Assembly: GCF_963921235.1 (NCBI RefSeq)
Contig: NC_086097.1
Coordinates: 166,472,001-166,536,000 of the forward strand
DNA: 64,000 nt
Direction of reading: 5' to 3'
Origin: Mobula hypostoma
Lineage: Eukaryota
Below the pieces are notes generated by a model, which was not told the DNA's origin, ran no database searches, and was given only the letters and a program-made list of their open reading frames with translations. The position numbers and the translations under genes were made by a program. Below are positions 48,371 to 61,570 of the stretch, in pieces; positions within the stretch are counted from its first letter, which is position 1, and each line of letters begins with the position of its first letter.

Positions 48371-50816
48371 CACTGATTCTTGAGACTTCGGCGAAAACAT
48401 GTCCCACTAAGAAAAGTGCTAATTGCATTGAAAATGAATAACATTTTCTTTATTTAAAATAATCGGGGTTGATCATCTGAGGGTCTTTTGCACAAATGCA
48501 ACACTTTTTCTTGTGCTTGTTTTTAATTTTATAAATTATATGATTATATGATAGCCCAGTACCCACAAAATCAGTTGTCCTCGGACAAGAGATTATCATT
48601 TCAATTTGATAAAAGTGTGAAAAAACCAAAATGTGTCCCAAGTTTTTGTCAACACCATCAAATATTTATATATAAAAAAAACAAGAAAATCAGTGGTCAA
48701 CTATATTCCTGAGGACCCCTTTCCACTCTGCACATCTGCTAAATGCAACAAGTCAAACAAGCTCCTGTAAGTTTGCTATTTTTTCAATATTTTTACATAT
48801 TTATTGATGTTGCTGCTGTCACAACCATGATGTGTCAACACTGTATCTTTTGTATAGAAAGAATTATTTTAAATTATGACATAAATTTATGCATTTTAAG
48901 TAGAGGCCAGAGGCAGCTAGCAACAGAGGGAACAAGATGGCTCCTGTATACAACTCATGCGTGTCATGTAAAAAGGTGTGTTTTTGTCACCACTGTCAGA
49001 CATTAACACCCTCAGGTTTTCTGTCTGACGGTGGTGACACATAGTTTGACGGTGTTGACAAAAACATCCAAATCATTCTCAGTGGAGGCTTGAATATAAT
49101 TTATGATTGCAATAAATAGTAATATGGCTTGTAATGTTTCATTAGCCTCTTTATTTATAATATACATAATTTTCCCTTTATTTCTTCCACACACAGGCAT
49201 ACAATATTTCCTTACTATATGTATCCCCAATGACTAAAACCATAAATGAATTTAGTTGCACCATTTCATAATCATTTTATAAAATTTCACCAAATTAAAT
49301 ATAATTAAATTCATAGTAATTTTGCACAATTTCATAGTAATTCCATTAAATTCTGACCTTCCTTTTATGTATTTTAGGAAGTTATAGCTAAGCAGCAGCT
49401 ATCAGTGGAGGAAAGGAGAAGAAACAGGGAATACCAAAAAAAGTGGAGAGAGAAAATATATAGTGAACCAGAGTTAAAGGAGGAATACCTGAGAAAGGAA
49501 AAGCAAAAATGGAAGAAGAGGGTAGAGGATGGGAAGATAAAAACGATCAGTGATTTGAATGAAAGGGAAAAGAGGAGTAAGAGAAAGGCATAGAAATATA
49601 GACAGCAAGAGTTGAGAGAGCATAAGAGAAAGCGGATGTAGGAAATGGAGCAGGAACCCCAGAGTGGTCCTGATGGGACTATGACAGATATATCTGCTGG
49701 TGTCATTAATTGTGGAGATTGGCTTGCACTCATTTATGACCAAAATTGGTGGTTAGCGAAGGCTGTAACTGTGGTTGCTCATCAAGATGTTCAAGTGGAG
49801 TTTTTCCACCCTCATGAACCCAACACGCGCTTCCATCCGAAACCAGGTGGAAAGGATATGTGCTTCATACTATTTGAAGATATTCTGGTCAAACTGATGG
49901 AGCCATCATCACCAGGTCAGGCAAGCAGGAGAACTACCACCTGTCTGCTGAAGTTATGGACTTCATAGAGGAGGAGCATATTAATCGTCTACTTCCTGAT
50001 AAAGCTGACTGAACGTTTTCAAAGATTTTCAAGCCCAGAAATGGATGGAAGTTTTTTTAGTTCCTGGTTTGTTTTCTGATGTTTATGCTTAAACATTGCA
50101 GTTGTACTGTAGTTTTTATTTTGCTGTTTACAGTTGTTGGTAATATTTACAGAAGGATAAAATGTACATGACAAATTGTTATTTGTTGTACCAAATTGTT
50201 AAATAAAGTTGTTAAGCAAGGAAGCATTGACTTGAGTGGTGAAAAGGTTGAAATTGTTTGTTGTAATTGGGCCACTGCCACCACCGTCAGGTCGCAGTCA
50301 CCACTGTCAGATGGAATTTTCTTTGTTTTAAATTAATATGCTTACAATCTGTTCCTCTAAAACAGTTGATTTATTAAAGCGATCGTCTCTTTAAAAATAA
50401 GTGTTTTATGTTCAAAATTGTTATTTTGTATATTTAATGCTAATGATAAAAGTTGCATGATGGAAGAGTTTTTAAAGGAGTACACGTGAAATAGTATAAA
50501 AAATGAACAAAAGTGGATATTCAACATCTAACAGCATATGTGCTTACCTATTGTGTAGACAATGATTTAAAAACTCTAAATCTATGCAAGACTAAATAAA
50601 TAGGAATAATTAGCTTTTTATTGTGTCTGACACTGTTGGCAAAAACTAATGACAGGAAAAACACATTTTATGAAAAAATTACAAAATCAGGTTGCACTGA
50701 AATATTGCTTGATTGCTGAGACCTTGTTCTATAAAAATATAAGTTTAGATTTAACATTTAAATTTTTTTCTTTTCAAAATTAAAACGGGGGTTACCCAAA
50801 TTCTCAAGAATCAGTG
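48371..50816 (+). mobile_element. Non-autonomous DNA transposon with CACTG termini and 4-bp TSD (Chapaev/CMC-like ends; superfamily unresolved)
   Basis: Perfect 15-bp TIR cactgattcttgaga / tctcaagaatcagtg; TSD ATTT (48367-70 and 50817-20); it interrupts a Rex-type 3' UTR; coding remnants at 49378-49990. Confidence 0.82.
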
Positions 50817-52139
50817 ATTTGTTGCTTGTCAGTCTGTATTTGTGTGTGGTTTTTCATTGATCATATTGTATTTCTTTATTGTACTGTTAATTCTGGCAAG
50901 AAAATGAATCTCAGGGTAGTACACATGTAATATGCAACCTTGATAATACATTTACTGTGAATTGTGGGCGACTACTTCTTACAAGGAAATAAGTAATTTT
51001 CTGCAGAGGAAGTAGGTGCAATAACAATATTTAAAAGGCATTTGGACAAGTACAAGGATAAGGAAGATTTAGAGGCATAGTGGCCAAAGACTTGCAATTG
51101 GAACTAGCTTAGATGAGATGTGTTGGGCTGAGGGGCCTGTTTGTAGGTTGCATCACTCAGGACTCTGTGACTCTCGATGTAGACTTGATAATACAACTGT
51201 AATTGACATGAAATTACAGAACCATCCAATGGTTGATCTATAAAGAATAGTAGCATAAAACTGAACATTTTCCTTCTGTTAAATTGAAAATAAGTAAGGT
51301 ACTTTACAGGATTAATGAGATTAAATTTCAAGGGATGCAAGTGCAGAAAAACAAGAGGAATAGGCTTAAGGTCAAGAAGTACAATTTAGAAGAGATATCA
51401 TTAAATATTTCTTTACACACTGAGCAACTATTAACTGGAATGTATTGCTAGAAATAATCATTGAGTCCAGATCATTTGAAAGATACCAGGCATTAGACTG
51501 AAGAGAGAGTAAGTTTTGCACTCTGTAGAGATGGGATCAAATAACCTGAGCACTGAAATAAAATCCTATGAATGACTTTGCTGGAAGTTTGCTCAAATTT
51601 CTGTTCCTTTTAACTGGTCTTTAGCAACGTATTTACTAATTCCACGCACATATATATCTGACTCCAGTTGTCATATTTGGCATGTCTTGTTGACACTTGT
51701 AATGGACAAATAGTATTTCTCTTGGAGACCAAATCTTCCATGTTAATTGAAAAATGCAATACGGACTTTGCAAGTATAGAAGCCTGCGATGGAATGTTTC
51801 ACAAGCTGCAAAACTTAGTACACTTTTTGTCAGGTAAATTGTTATATTTTAGTATTTCAGCCACCAAATTTAGAAATTCCACACTTCATACAACAAATCA
51901 CATTACACTATTGTGAATATTGATCATTTTATAAATGTATTGTAGTGTAGCTGAGCATTACACTGCTATAAGTAAATACAAATGATCAATGTTTATACTG
52001 AGTTAGTTAGTGGCCTTTAGTGTCTACCAGCTCTTCATCTATTGTCCTTCATCAATTTATGTAGTTGTTTAGGTGCTTATAAATAATTCTTCCCCAGTTC
52101 CCTCTAAACTACTTGCTCTCCTCCTTAAATCTATGTCCC

Positions 52140-52720
52140 CTGGTATTAGCCACCTCCACACTGGGAACATTTTTTCCTACCTACCCTGTCTATACTTACA
52201 ATTTGGTACACCTTTATCAAAATCCTCCTCAGACTTCTCTGCTCTAAGGGAAGCAAGCATAGCTTATCCAGCCTCTCCTATTAACTGAAAAGTTCCACCA
52301 AAGGCAACATCCTGGTGAATCTCCTCTGCACCCTCCTTTTGCAGTCATAGCTTTCCTACAATATGGTGGCCAGAACTACATACAATATTCACTGTGGCTT
52401 AAGCAATGTTTTATAAAGTTGTATGAAGACTAACCTTGTACTTGTATTCTACACCCAGGCTAATGTCAACATCCATGGCTTCTCCACTGCCCTATCTACC
52501 TGTGCTGACACCTTTCTTATAGCAAGATCCTACTGTTTCTACGTACTCCCTTGGATCCTATATTTCATGATTTATCCCCTACATTTACTTGATTTCAGCG
52601 CTGGGCAAATTGCAAGACATATTCATGAGAATTAAATTCCATTACTTTGCGCAGTTTACCAGCGGATCATTCTGCAGTCTGTCTACTGTCCCCATCATCA
52701 CCTATTTTGTGTCATCTGTT
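52140..52720 (-). mobile_element. Old CR1 fragment
   Basis: Degenerate match to the CR1 C-terminal region (catcctggtgaatctcctctgcaccctc, ggccagaactacatacaatattc). Confidence 0.62.
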
Positions 52721-52734
52721 AACTTACAATTGTA

Positions 52735-53430
52735 TTTCCTCAAAGTCAAGTTTATTGTCATGTGCGCAGGTGCATCGAAAAGCTTTTTGTTGTGCAAAGT
52801 GGTCATAGTGTTGTGAAACTGAGTTAGTGGTTAGAGTTGTGTTGATTGTTTCGAGAATCAAATCACTGAAGGGAAGTAGTTGTTCTTGAATCCAATGGTG
52901 TGGAACTTCAGGCTTCTGTACCTCCTACTCATTAGTAGTTGTGAGAAGATGACATGGCCTGGATATTGGGGATCTCAGATTATAGCTGTTGCCTTTTTGA
53001 GGCAGTACCTCATGAAAATGCTTCAGGTTGTAGGGCAGAATGTGCCCGGGATGTATTTGGCTGATTCCATTACTCTCTGCATCTTATGTTCTTCTGCAAT
53101 CAGACTGCCATACCAGACCATGATGCAACCACAGGACACTTTCCACAGTACATCTGCAGAAGTTTGTTAGTGTTTGCTGACTTGCTGAGTTTCCTTAACC
53201 TTCTAATAAAAGTGGTGTGCCTTTCTTGCGATTGCATTTATGTGCTGGACCCAGGACATTTTATCAGATATTTTAAAGCCAAGGAATTTAATGCTGCTGA
53301 CCCTCTCCACCACTGATCATCTATGCAGGCTGGCACATGTTTGCCAAACTTCCCTTTCCTGAAATCAACAAACAATTCTTTAGTTTTACTGATGCTGAAT
53401 GAGACGTTGTTTTTGTGGCTCCTACATTGA
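52735..53430 (-). mobile_element. Old Rex1/Babar-type fragment
   Basis: SISKTKELFVDFRK; caaagtcaagtttattgtc tail. Confidence 0.65.
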
Positions 53431-54756
53431 CATTCATGCTGTTGATGTATACAACAAACAACCATTTAAACTGTTAAAACTTTAGGATTGTTTGTAATTA
53501 AAAGGTCTATATTTTGTTTGCCAGCTATACAAGAAGACCATTTGTAAAGTTGTAAAGCAGCTACGGAAGAAATTAACAGTGAAATGGAGCCACCTAGTGT
53601 TTGTTGAGATCAAAACATTTTCTGCAATATGAGCATTGGAACAAGTTTTACACACCATTGTACAAACCCAAGCAACAATTGTTTCCATCTATATTTCTTT
53701 ATGATAACTATTTATGTCAGAATATGACTTAAGAAGGAAAGTTCTTTTTGCAGTCACAAGAACTGCAGATGCTGGAATCTGGAGCAACAATTTGTTGGAG
53801 GAACTCAGCAGGTTGACCAGCCTTTGTTTGGTGGGGTAGGGAGGGGAACTAGGATAAAGGACTGTTAGGCAGATTCATGATCTGCAACGATGACAGTTCC
53901 TTTCTCCCTACAGATACTCTCGATCCACTACGTTCTTCCAACAGACTGTTTGTAAGCTTCTGTCATCAGGATAACATTTGATTTTTTTACTGGAATTGTA
54001 CTATTGGGAGTTGACATGAATCTTGAGGGCTGAATGGACAGTTTCAGTCTTGTAATAAGTAAGTCAGTCATACTACTTAAGTCTTCCTTATCTCTTATCT
54101 TCTTCCTATCATTCTAATCATTACTTTTATGGCAACAATTTGGACATTGTCTGTTTTTGAGAAGTACTCAAAGTAGGAATAACAGGTTAAATTATGAAGA
54201 AAGATGTCTTCATTGCTTTGAGAATAGAAGAAGAGATCAGCCAAGAGGGGCAGTTGAAAGGAAAAAGACATTCTAGGCTCCCGCATACTCCCGAACAAAA
54301 GAACTGAAAGTAGATGATCAGTATGATATCAGGAAAGACCACTTAACACAAAGAATGGTAAAAATCTAGAATTTATTTCCTTACAAGATGCTGAGGTAAG
54401 AGATTCAACTGAAAAGCAAAATGCTGCAGATACCAGAATTCTGAAATAAAAACAGGAACTGCTTAAAAACTAAGCAGCTTAGTGCAGCATCTACAAAGGA
54501 AGAAATAGAGCTAATGATTCAGGCTGATGACCTTGATTTCGACATAGGTAGGTTTGTGTCACACTAGCAGAAACAGAACCCAGATGAATTGATCGAAGTA
54601 AGTCAACACAGACATGAGAAGCAGATTTAATGAACGGCTAATCATTACTTGACAATGTCCAAACTTTTCTACTGTATTCTCATGCAGATCTTTAATCTAC
54701 ATTATTATTTCCATTTGTATTTAAATATCCCTTTCATCGAGTTCATTTTTTAAATT

Positions 54757-55630
54757 TCAAAATAAACTTTATTCAGAAAATGCAATAAAATCAGTATATT
54801 TTTTATCACATTCATAGTGTCATCAAGCCATTATAAGTATTTATTTTATTAACAAAATAAATTTTATTCACAACAATTTACAAGAATAAAACATTCAATG
54901 CCTTTACATTCTTCACAGACCTGGTCAATACTTTCCATAGTGCTGCCACTCATGAAGGGTCTCGGCCTGAAACGTCGCCTGTACCTCTTCCTAGAGATGT
55001 TGCCTGGCCTGCTGCGTTCACCAGCAACTTTGATGTGTGTTACTACCATAACTGAGGAGCTTTCTCACCCACCCGGCCCCTCCATCTCCAGCAGAAGAAG
55101 AACCCTAAACTGTGGTCGTTCCCCACCAAGCCTTTGTGGTGGCTGTGCCAAGATTCAGTGTGTCCCTCAGCTTGGAACATGCCAGTCGGCAGCATTCTGC
55201 CACAGACATCTCGATACGCTGGTAGACCAACAAGTCCCAGGCTGACCAAAGAGCACCTTTCACTGAGTTGATGATCTGCCAGCAGCACCTGATGTTTGTT
55301 TCCATGTGCATCCCAAGGAGCAACCCGTAGATCAGAGAATCCTCTGCTTGGGATGAAATGTGACACTGGCCCTTTCATCTTCCTCCACACCTTCTTTGCA
55401 AACCCAGTGTGCAAAGAGATGAGTTACTGTTTCATCTCCATTGTAGTCATCCCGTGGACAGCATGTTGTATGGCTGATGCTCTGAGCACACAGTAAGGAC
55501 CTGACTGAGAGGGCCTCTCTCATCGTCAGTCAGGGTTGGTCTTGGTGCCTGTTGGTAAGACCTGGCGATGAAGCAAAGCCGAATGCATTGACCACTTGGA
55601 ACCCTGGAACTGATGCCAATCGGCTGGTGT
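54757..55630 (-). mobile_element. L1/Tx1-like LINE 3' end, with a PLE fragment at about 54949-55041
   Basis: C-terminal zinc-finger-like CPRDDYNGDETVTHL and IINSVKGALWSA..LLVYQ...CCRLA; AATAAA-containing tail on the minus strand. Confidence 0.72.
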
Positions 55631-56331
55631 TAAGTAAGCATATCCTAGACTTGTGCAGACTCACCTGAAATTTAGGAAGATCCAAGTAATAAATTTCAAC
55701 AGATCTATATTCAGTTCCAACATTTATCCAAAGCTGGACAATTCAGGATTTTCCAGTCTTAATTCAGGAATTCACTCTGTAATCCAGGTTAGGAGACAAA
55801 TTTGGAGATTGGTGAACAACATTTTTACACACTTTGTTTTAGTGAGCTTCACTTTCATTTTATAAGTACTTACAACAATTTTAATAGTTTTAAAGTATCT
55901 CTGGTCAGAAACACATCCTTGCTTCTGTTAAGAGGAAAGGTCAACCTTGTCGTCTTGTCAGTGCGTTCGTGTCCTGAGGTCTACCTAACTAGTAGCTTTT
56001 CTGGAACTACCACAGTGGAGATTCAGCTGATTTTGGCCAACCTATGTGAAAGAGGGCAGGAACATCAAGTGGTGAGTCTGTGCAACAAGTTTTGTTTAAC
56101 CCCTTGTTAACTTGACCCATTTAGTTTACTGAGAGCAGGATGGCTGAAAGCAGCCAAAGACAAAAGGAATACTTTTGTTTTCATTTGCACTTAGATTTTA
56201 TTTTAATAATAGATAGTTGTTCTCTTTCAGAACCTTTGTGTTAGTCACTATTAAACATATTCTTGTCACTCATGATTCACAACTGTCCCACAGTTGGGCT
56301 TCCATTTACAAAACAAATTCCCTACAATTAA

Positions 56332-56545
56332 AGTTGCTGGTGAACGCAGCAGGCCAAGCAGCATCTATAGGAAGAGGCGCAGTCGACGTTTCAGGCCGAG
56401 ACCCTTCGTCAGGACTGACGAAGGGTCTCGGCCTGAAACGTCGACTGCGCCTCTTCCTATAGATGCTGCTTGGCCTGCTGCGTTCACCAGCAACTTTGAT
56501 GTGTGTTGCTTGAATTTCCAGCACCTGCAGAATTCCTGTTGTTTG
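56332..56545. mobile_element. Fold-back mini Penelope-like insertion with 14-bp TSD
   Basis: TSD ttccctacaattaa at 56318-56331 and 56546-56559. Perfect 83-bp inverted arms 56330-56412 and 56415-56497 with a 2-nt spacer. Confidence 0.92.
56381..56416 (-). ncRNA. Minimal hammerhead ribozyme motif (complete on minus strand; the plus-strand copy 56415-56446 lacks the 5' strand of stem I)
   Basis: Identical to the motif at 21043-21078. Confidence 0.75.
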
Positions 56546-56774
56546 TTCCCTACAATTAACCCCACTTCAAGCCCCTATTCAACCACTCTCATATTTATGC
56601 CAAGTGCTTAAAGCCCTTCTCTGTCATCAAAGTGATAACATTAAGACCGAGGTAACAGGGTGTTTTTAAAAAAAAACTAGAATCACAAACGACTACATAA
56701 ATTTCAGAGACCTTAATAAGCAGTAAAATTATGGCACAGCATTTGGAATAACACGAGGTGGTGACTTTCTGAAA

Positions 56775-57072
56775 CTTTTTAAAGTTAAAGTCTGTCCCGA
56801 GCCTTGTGGCCCATCAGGCTGGTGCTTATGCCGGTTTCTGTGGCGTGAAGCGGCTGAGAGTACGAGACTACCCCCCCCCCACCAGATAGGACGCCAGTCT
56901 ATCGCAAGGTTGACCCCCAGCATTTGCCGGTACCCATTTTCAGCTGGGTGGACTGGAGAATTGTGTGGTTAAGTGCCTTGCTCAAAGACACAACATGCTG
57001 CCTTGGTCGAGACTCGAACCCACAACCTTCAGATCGTGAGTCCAACGCCCTAACCACTTGGCCACGCGCCAC
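56775..57072 (-). mobile_element. tRNA-derived SINE, full length, with Meta-like central domain
   Basis: A box tggccaagtgg, B box ggttcgagtc, central ttgagcaaggcacttaacc...cacccagctgaaaatgggtacc; 11-bp TSD actttctgaaa at 56764-56774 and 57073-57083. Confidence 0.87.
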
Positions 57073-57114
57073 ACTTTCTGAAATTTCATGTTCAGTATTT
57101 CTCGTGTGGCCTTA

Positions 57115-57819
57115 AGGCTGATTTATACTTGTGCGTCAAATGTATGCCGTAGGTACGGCGTAGCCCCGGACCCTACGCTGCAGCCTAACGCGCACTTCTC
57201 CCAAAATGTAACTACACGTGGCAGCATCGCAGACCGCAACAACTGTGATTGGTCCGCTTGGTAGCATCGCATTTCCTCCTACGCTGCAATAGCTTGTCAT
57301 TCGGCGACTGGCAATGCTGTCCATCACGCTTTAGACCTCCAAAATTATGGAGGACCCTGTGCTTGACGCCAGTTTGTAGCTAACTGCTACAGCCTGTGGA
57401 CCTCCACCTGAAGCTAAAACTCGAATGGTGATTGCCAGTCTCTGAGTATACTGTGCGTACACTGATGCGAAATAAATGGTTGGAGACGATGAACCAAATC
57501 ATCAAATCTACCTGCCGACATCCGAAAATATTTGAAGTGCATTTCCTCGTCCATATCTCTCAGTGGTCGGACAAGCACAGAAAATTCACCCTCCTTCAGT
57601 TTCAGTCGCCATTGTTTGAAATTTGAGTTTCTTCGTGTTGAGTGTTAACACAAAGAAACTCAACACAATGGCATAGAAACCCCACCGCCAACTAGGGTTT
57701 TGGTGGTGAATTGCAGAGCAATGCAGACACACCAACGCACAAATATAAATGCTCACAACGGCGTAGCCCACTTGCGTAGGCTGTGGCGTAAGTTAGTATG
57801 CACAAGTATAAATCGGCCT
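57115..57819 (-). mobile_element. PIF/Harbinger deletion derivative
   Basis: TIR aggctgatttatacttgtgc / gcacaagtataaatcggcct, TTA TSD (57112-14 and 57820-22). Minus-strand transposase N-terminal remnant [37 protein letters not shown]. Confidence 0.88.
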
Positions 57820-57841
57820 TTAATGGTGACAATGGTGCTTT

Positions 57842-58575
57842 AGACCATAAAACCGTAAGATATAGGAGCAGAATTAAGCCACTTCATCATGACTGATCCA
57901 ATTTTCCTCTCAGCCCCAATCTCCTGCCTTCTCCCCATAACCCTTCATGCCCTGACCAATCATAAATCTATCATTCTCTGCCTTAAATATACATAAAGAC
58001 TTGGCCTCCACAGCTGCCTGTGGCAAAGAATTTCACCAATTCATCATCCTCCGGCTAAAGAAATTCCTCCTCATCTCCGTTCTAAAAGGATGCCCCTCTA
58101 TCTGAGGCTGTGTCCTCTGGTCTTAGACTCTCCCACCGTAGGGAACATCCTCCCCGCATCCACTCTATCAACGTCTTTCACCACTCGATAGGTTTCAATG
58201 AGGTCACCCCTCACTCTTCTGAATTCTAGTGAATACAGGCCCAGAGCCATCAGATGCTCTTCATATGACAAGCCTTTCAATCCTGGAAACATTTCCGTGA
58301 ACCTCCTTTGAACCCTCTCCAGTTTTAGCACATCCTTTCTAAGATAAGGGGCCTAGACCTGCTCACAATACACCAAGTGAGGCCTCCCCAGTGCTTTATA
58401 AAGTTTCAGCATTACATCCTTGCTTTTATATTCTAGTCCTCTTGAAATTAATGCTAATATTGCATTTGCCTTCCTCACCACAGACACAACCTGCAATTAA
58501 ACTTTAGGGAATCCTGCACAAGAACTCCCAAGTCCCTTTGCACCTAAGTTTTTTGTATTTTGTCTCCATTTAGAT
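57842..58575 (-). mobile_element. CR1 LINE 3' portion, same subfamily as 28880-29860 and 17185-18072
   Basis: ORF 58098-58331 LERVQRRFTEMFPGLKGLSYEE...TRGHSL. Confidence 0.87.
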
Positions 58576-59989
58576 AACATTCTGTTTTAATTTAAATGCA
58601 AATTTACATTTTCCAGTTACTAATCAACTTGTTAGAGGAAACAATTTCAACTTTGTTGTTCTATCAACCACCCTAATATTTCAAATGCATTTAATAATTT
58701 TCTATTTATTCTCTTCTAAGTAGGACTATCCCAGCTCTCATTCACTCACTAACAATTAACCTAATTTATAACTTATCTCTATAGTCACATTAGACTTACC
58801 CGATCAGAAATATCCCCCTCCCCTATTCTCCCTGCTGCCAAATCATCTCTGTTCATTTCCTCCTATAGATACTCTGACCCACCAAGCTCCTCCAGCAGTT
58901 TCTGTATTTCCTCCGATTTCAGCATTTGCAGTCCCTGTGTCTCTCTTTTGCTACCTTCTTGTTCTGAGAAAGGGTTTTTTGACCTGAAACATTATCTGTT
59001 ACCCTACCCACAGATGTAGTCTGATCTGCTGAGTGTTTTCTGTTTTATTTTAGAACTTGAAAGGGGCTTTGGGGGCAAAAAAAAAATACCCAGGCTATGA
59101 CAGGAAGAAACATAGAAACAGAAGATGAATTATTCTCCGTGGGCACATAACTCCCTTCAGCATTTGAGACAATGTACTAATTCAAAGATGTTTATCTCCT
59201 TTCTCAAAATGCACGGGGAATAGAAAACAACTCTTCTCCGCAGGTTGTTGAAATATCCATTATGCATTTGGAAATATAGTAAACAGCCAATGCAGTATGA
59301 CACAAGTAATAAAGGAGCAGAGAAGCAGAAATCTGCAAATAAAAGCAACACAATAATAGAAACAGTCCATTGAATGAAGTCAGATAATGGGCTTGTTATC
59401 ATTAATTATATTTCAGATCCTAGAAACAGCGTTTAACATATCATTAATATATCAGTATTAACATATAATCCTTCTCCAAAGTTAGAATTTTAGGTGAGAG
59501 GGGCAACAATGTGCAGGAAAGGTTTTTTTTTACACAGAGAGTGATAGTTGCCTGGAACATGCTGCTGGGAAGTGGTGGAAACGGACACAATAGTATCATC
59601 TAAGAGTTTGTTCAGACATACATGTGAATATGCTGAAAATGGAAGGATATGGACTAGGTGCAGGCAGAGAGACTTAAGTTAACTTGGCATTGTGTTCAGT
59701 GCTGACACTGTGTGGTGAAGCTGGTGAAGAGCTTTACTTTGTGCACTTACCCATGTGTAAAAGATGTCACTCTTTTATATATAAAAGACCCTGCATGGAA
59801 TGTTTATTTCCTTCGTTCCCCTTTCCATGTAAAAATAAAATGCTATAATATTGCATACCAACTCAGTAGTAACCTTTTATTTTTTCCATCGCATCCCCAG
59901 TCTTTTCATGATAAACAATGTTTTAATATTCTCCAGTTTAGGAATTACTATTATCTCTAAGAGAATTATGGGTTCATTTTAGTTTGACT

Positions 59990-60630
59990 TATCTCCATGG
60001 ATCACATCAGAAACAGATAAGTGTCTGAAAGCATTTTCGGAGAAGTTCTGCAGATCACCAGAGGCCTTTCAAAATGGGAAACGTGCCATCCAAAACGGCA
60101 GCATTTCATTAAACAGATCTGGCATATGGAGAAATCGTGTGGGAGCTAGAAGCAGTTTCGTGGTTGCTGTACTGAAAAGGATCATAAGCAAACCCCCACC
60201 CCCACCCCAGGTCAAAGATGTTCCCATCCACAGGTTTTATTTCCTTCATCTTTAGGTGATTATCAAGTCTGAGGTTGAAGTTGCAGGTCCATTTTTCAGG
60301 AGTTATAATCAGTGGTGGAAAACAGGGTGAGGGATGGAAATAATGTGCAGGCTGAGAAGGAGCTACTTGCTGTGATCTTTGGACTGGAAAAGCTTTGCTA
60401 ATTCACATGAGGGAGATCTGTATCATCCAGAGCCACTCAGACGTAAGGCTTTTGTAAACAATCCAGCACAAAGGAGGTTGCAGGAAATGCTTACAATGGC
60501 AAAGGCATACACTGTAAAGATTTGGTATGGACCAAGAAAAGATGTCGATATGGAAGACACACTTAACTGAGCCTATTTCAAGAGCAGAAGGGATGCCATG
60601 GATTCTAAACTTGAGAGGATTAACATGTAA
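59990..60630 (+). mobile_element. Ancient Gypsy RNase H remnant
   Basis: EKELLAVIFGLEK at about 60354-60392, followed by RRLQEML...Y...YGPRKD..MEDTL. Confidence 0.55.
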
Positions 60631-60837
60631 GATATATTCATAGAGTCAGACATAGAGATATGGCATGAAAACAGGCCCTTCAACCCACTGTCTGGTTTGA
60701 TCATCAACAGCACATTTACACTAATCCTACATTAATACAATGTTTCATTCTCCCTGCATTCTCATCAAACTCCTCCCAGGTTCAACAACTCATCAGGCTA
60801 AGTTACAGCAGTTATTTAACCTACCAAGCCACACATC

Positions 60838-61570
60838 ATAGAAATAGAGCACTTCAGCACAGTACAGGCTCTTCGGCCCACAATGGTGTGCCAACCTGTA
60901 AACCTACTCCAAGATCAATCTAATGCTTCCCTCCAACATAATCCTCCATTTTTTGTTCATACAAGTGCCTACATAAGAGTTTCTTAAATCTGCCTAATAT
61001 ATCTTCCTCTACCACACCAGGCAGCACATTCCACACACCCACCTCTCTCTCTGTTTTTAGGAAAAAAACCTACCTCAGACATCCCCCTATACTTTCCTCT
61101 AATCAGCGTAAAATTATGTCCTCTTGTATTAGCATTTCCACCCCTGGGAAAAGGTGCTGGCTGCCCACTCTATCCATGCCATTTTTCATTGTATATACCT
61201 CTATCATGTCACATCTCATTCTTCTTCACTCCAAAGAGAATAGCCCTAGCTCACTCAGCCTAGCCTCATACAACATGCTCTCAATCCAAGCAGTATCCTG
61301 GTAAATTTCCTCTGCACCACCTCTAAAGCTTCCACATCCTTCCTTTAAAGAAGCAAATAGAACAAACACAATATTCTCAAGTATGGTCTAACCAGAGATT
61401 TACAGAGCTGCAACATTATCTCATGGCTCTTGAACTGATTCCTTAACTAATGAAAGTTAACACACCATATTCCTTCTTAACCACTCTATCAACTTGTGCG
61501 GCAACTTTGAGGGATCTATGGGCATGGACCCCAGGATCCCTCTATTCCTCCACAATGCTAAGAATCAAAT
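60838..61570 (-). mobile_element. Decayed CR1 3' portion
   Basis: CR1 tail catagaaatagagc and degenerate C-terminal coding sequence. Confidence 0.7.

Noticed and set aside
59060..59480. Unique non-repetitive stretch as a possible conserved element or exon (also 13150-13710 and 36800-37480)
   Set aside because: No recognisable ORF or splice pattern; conservation cannot be judged without alignments.
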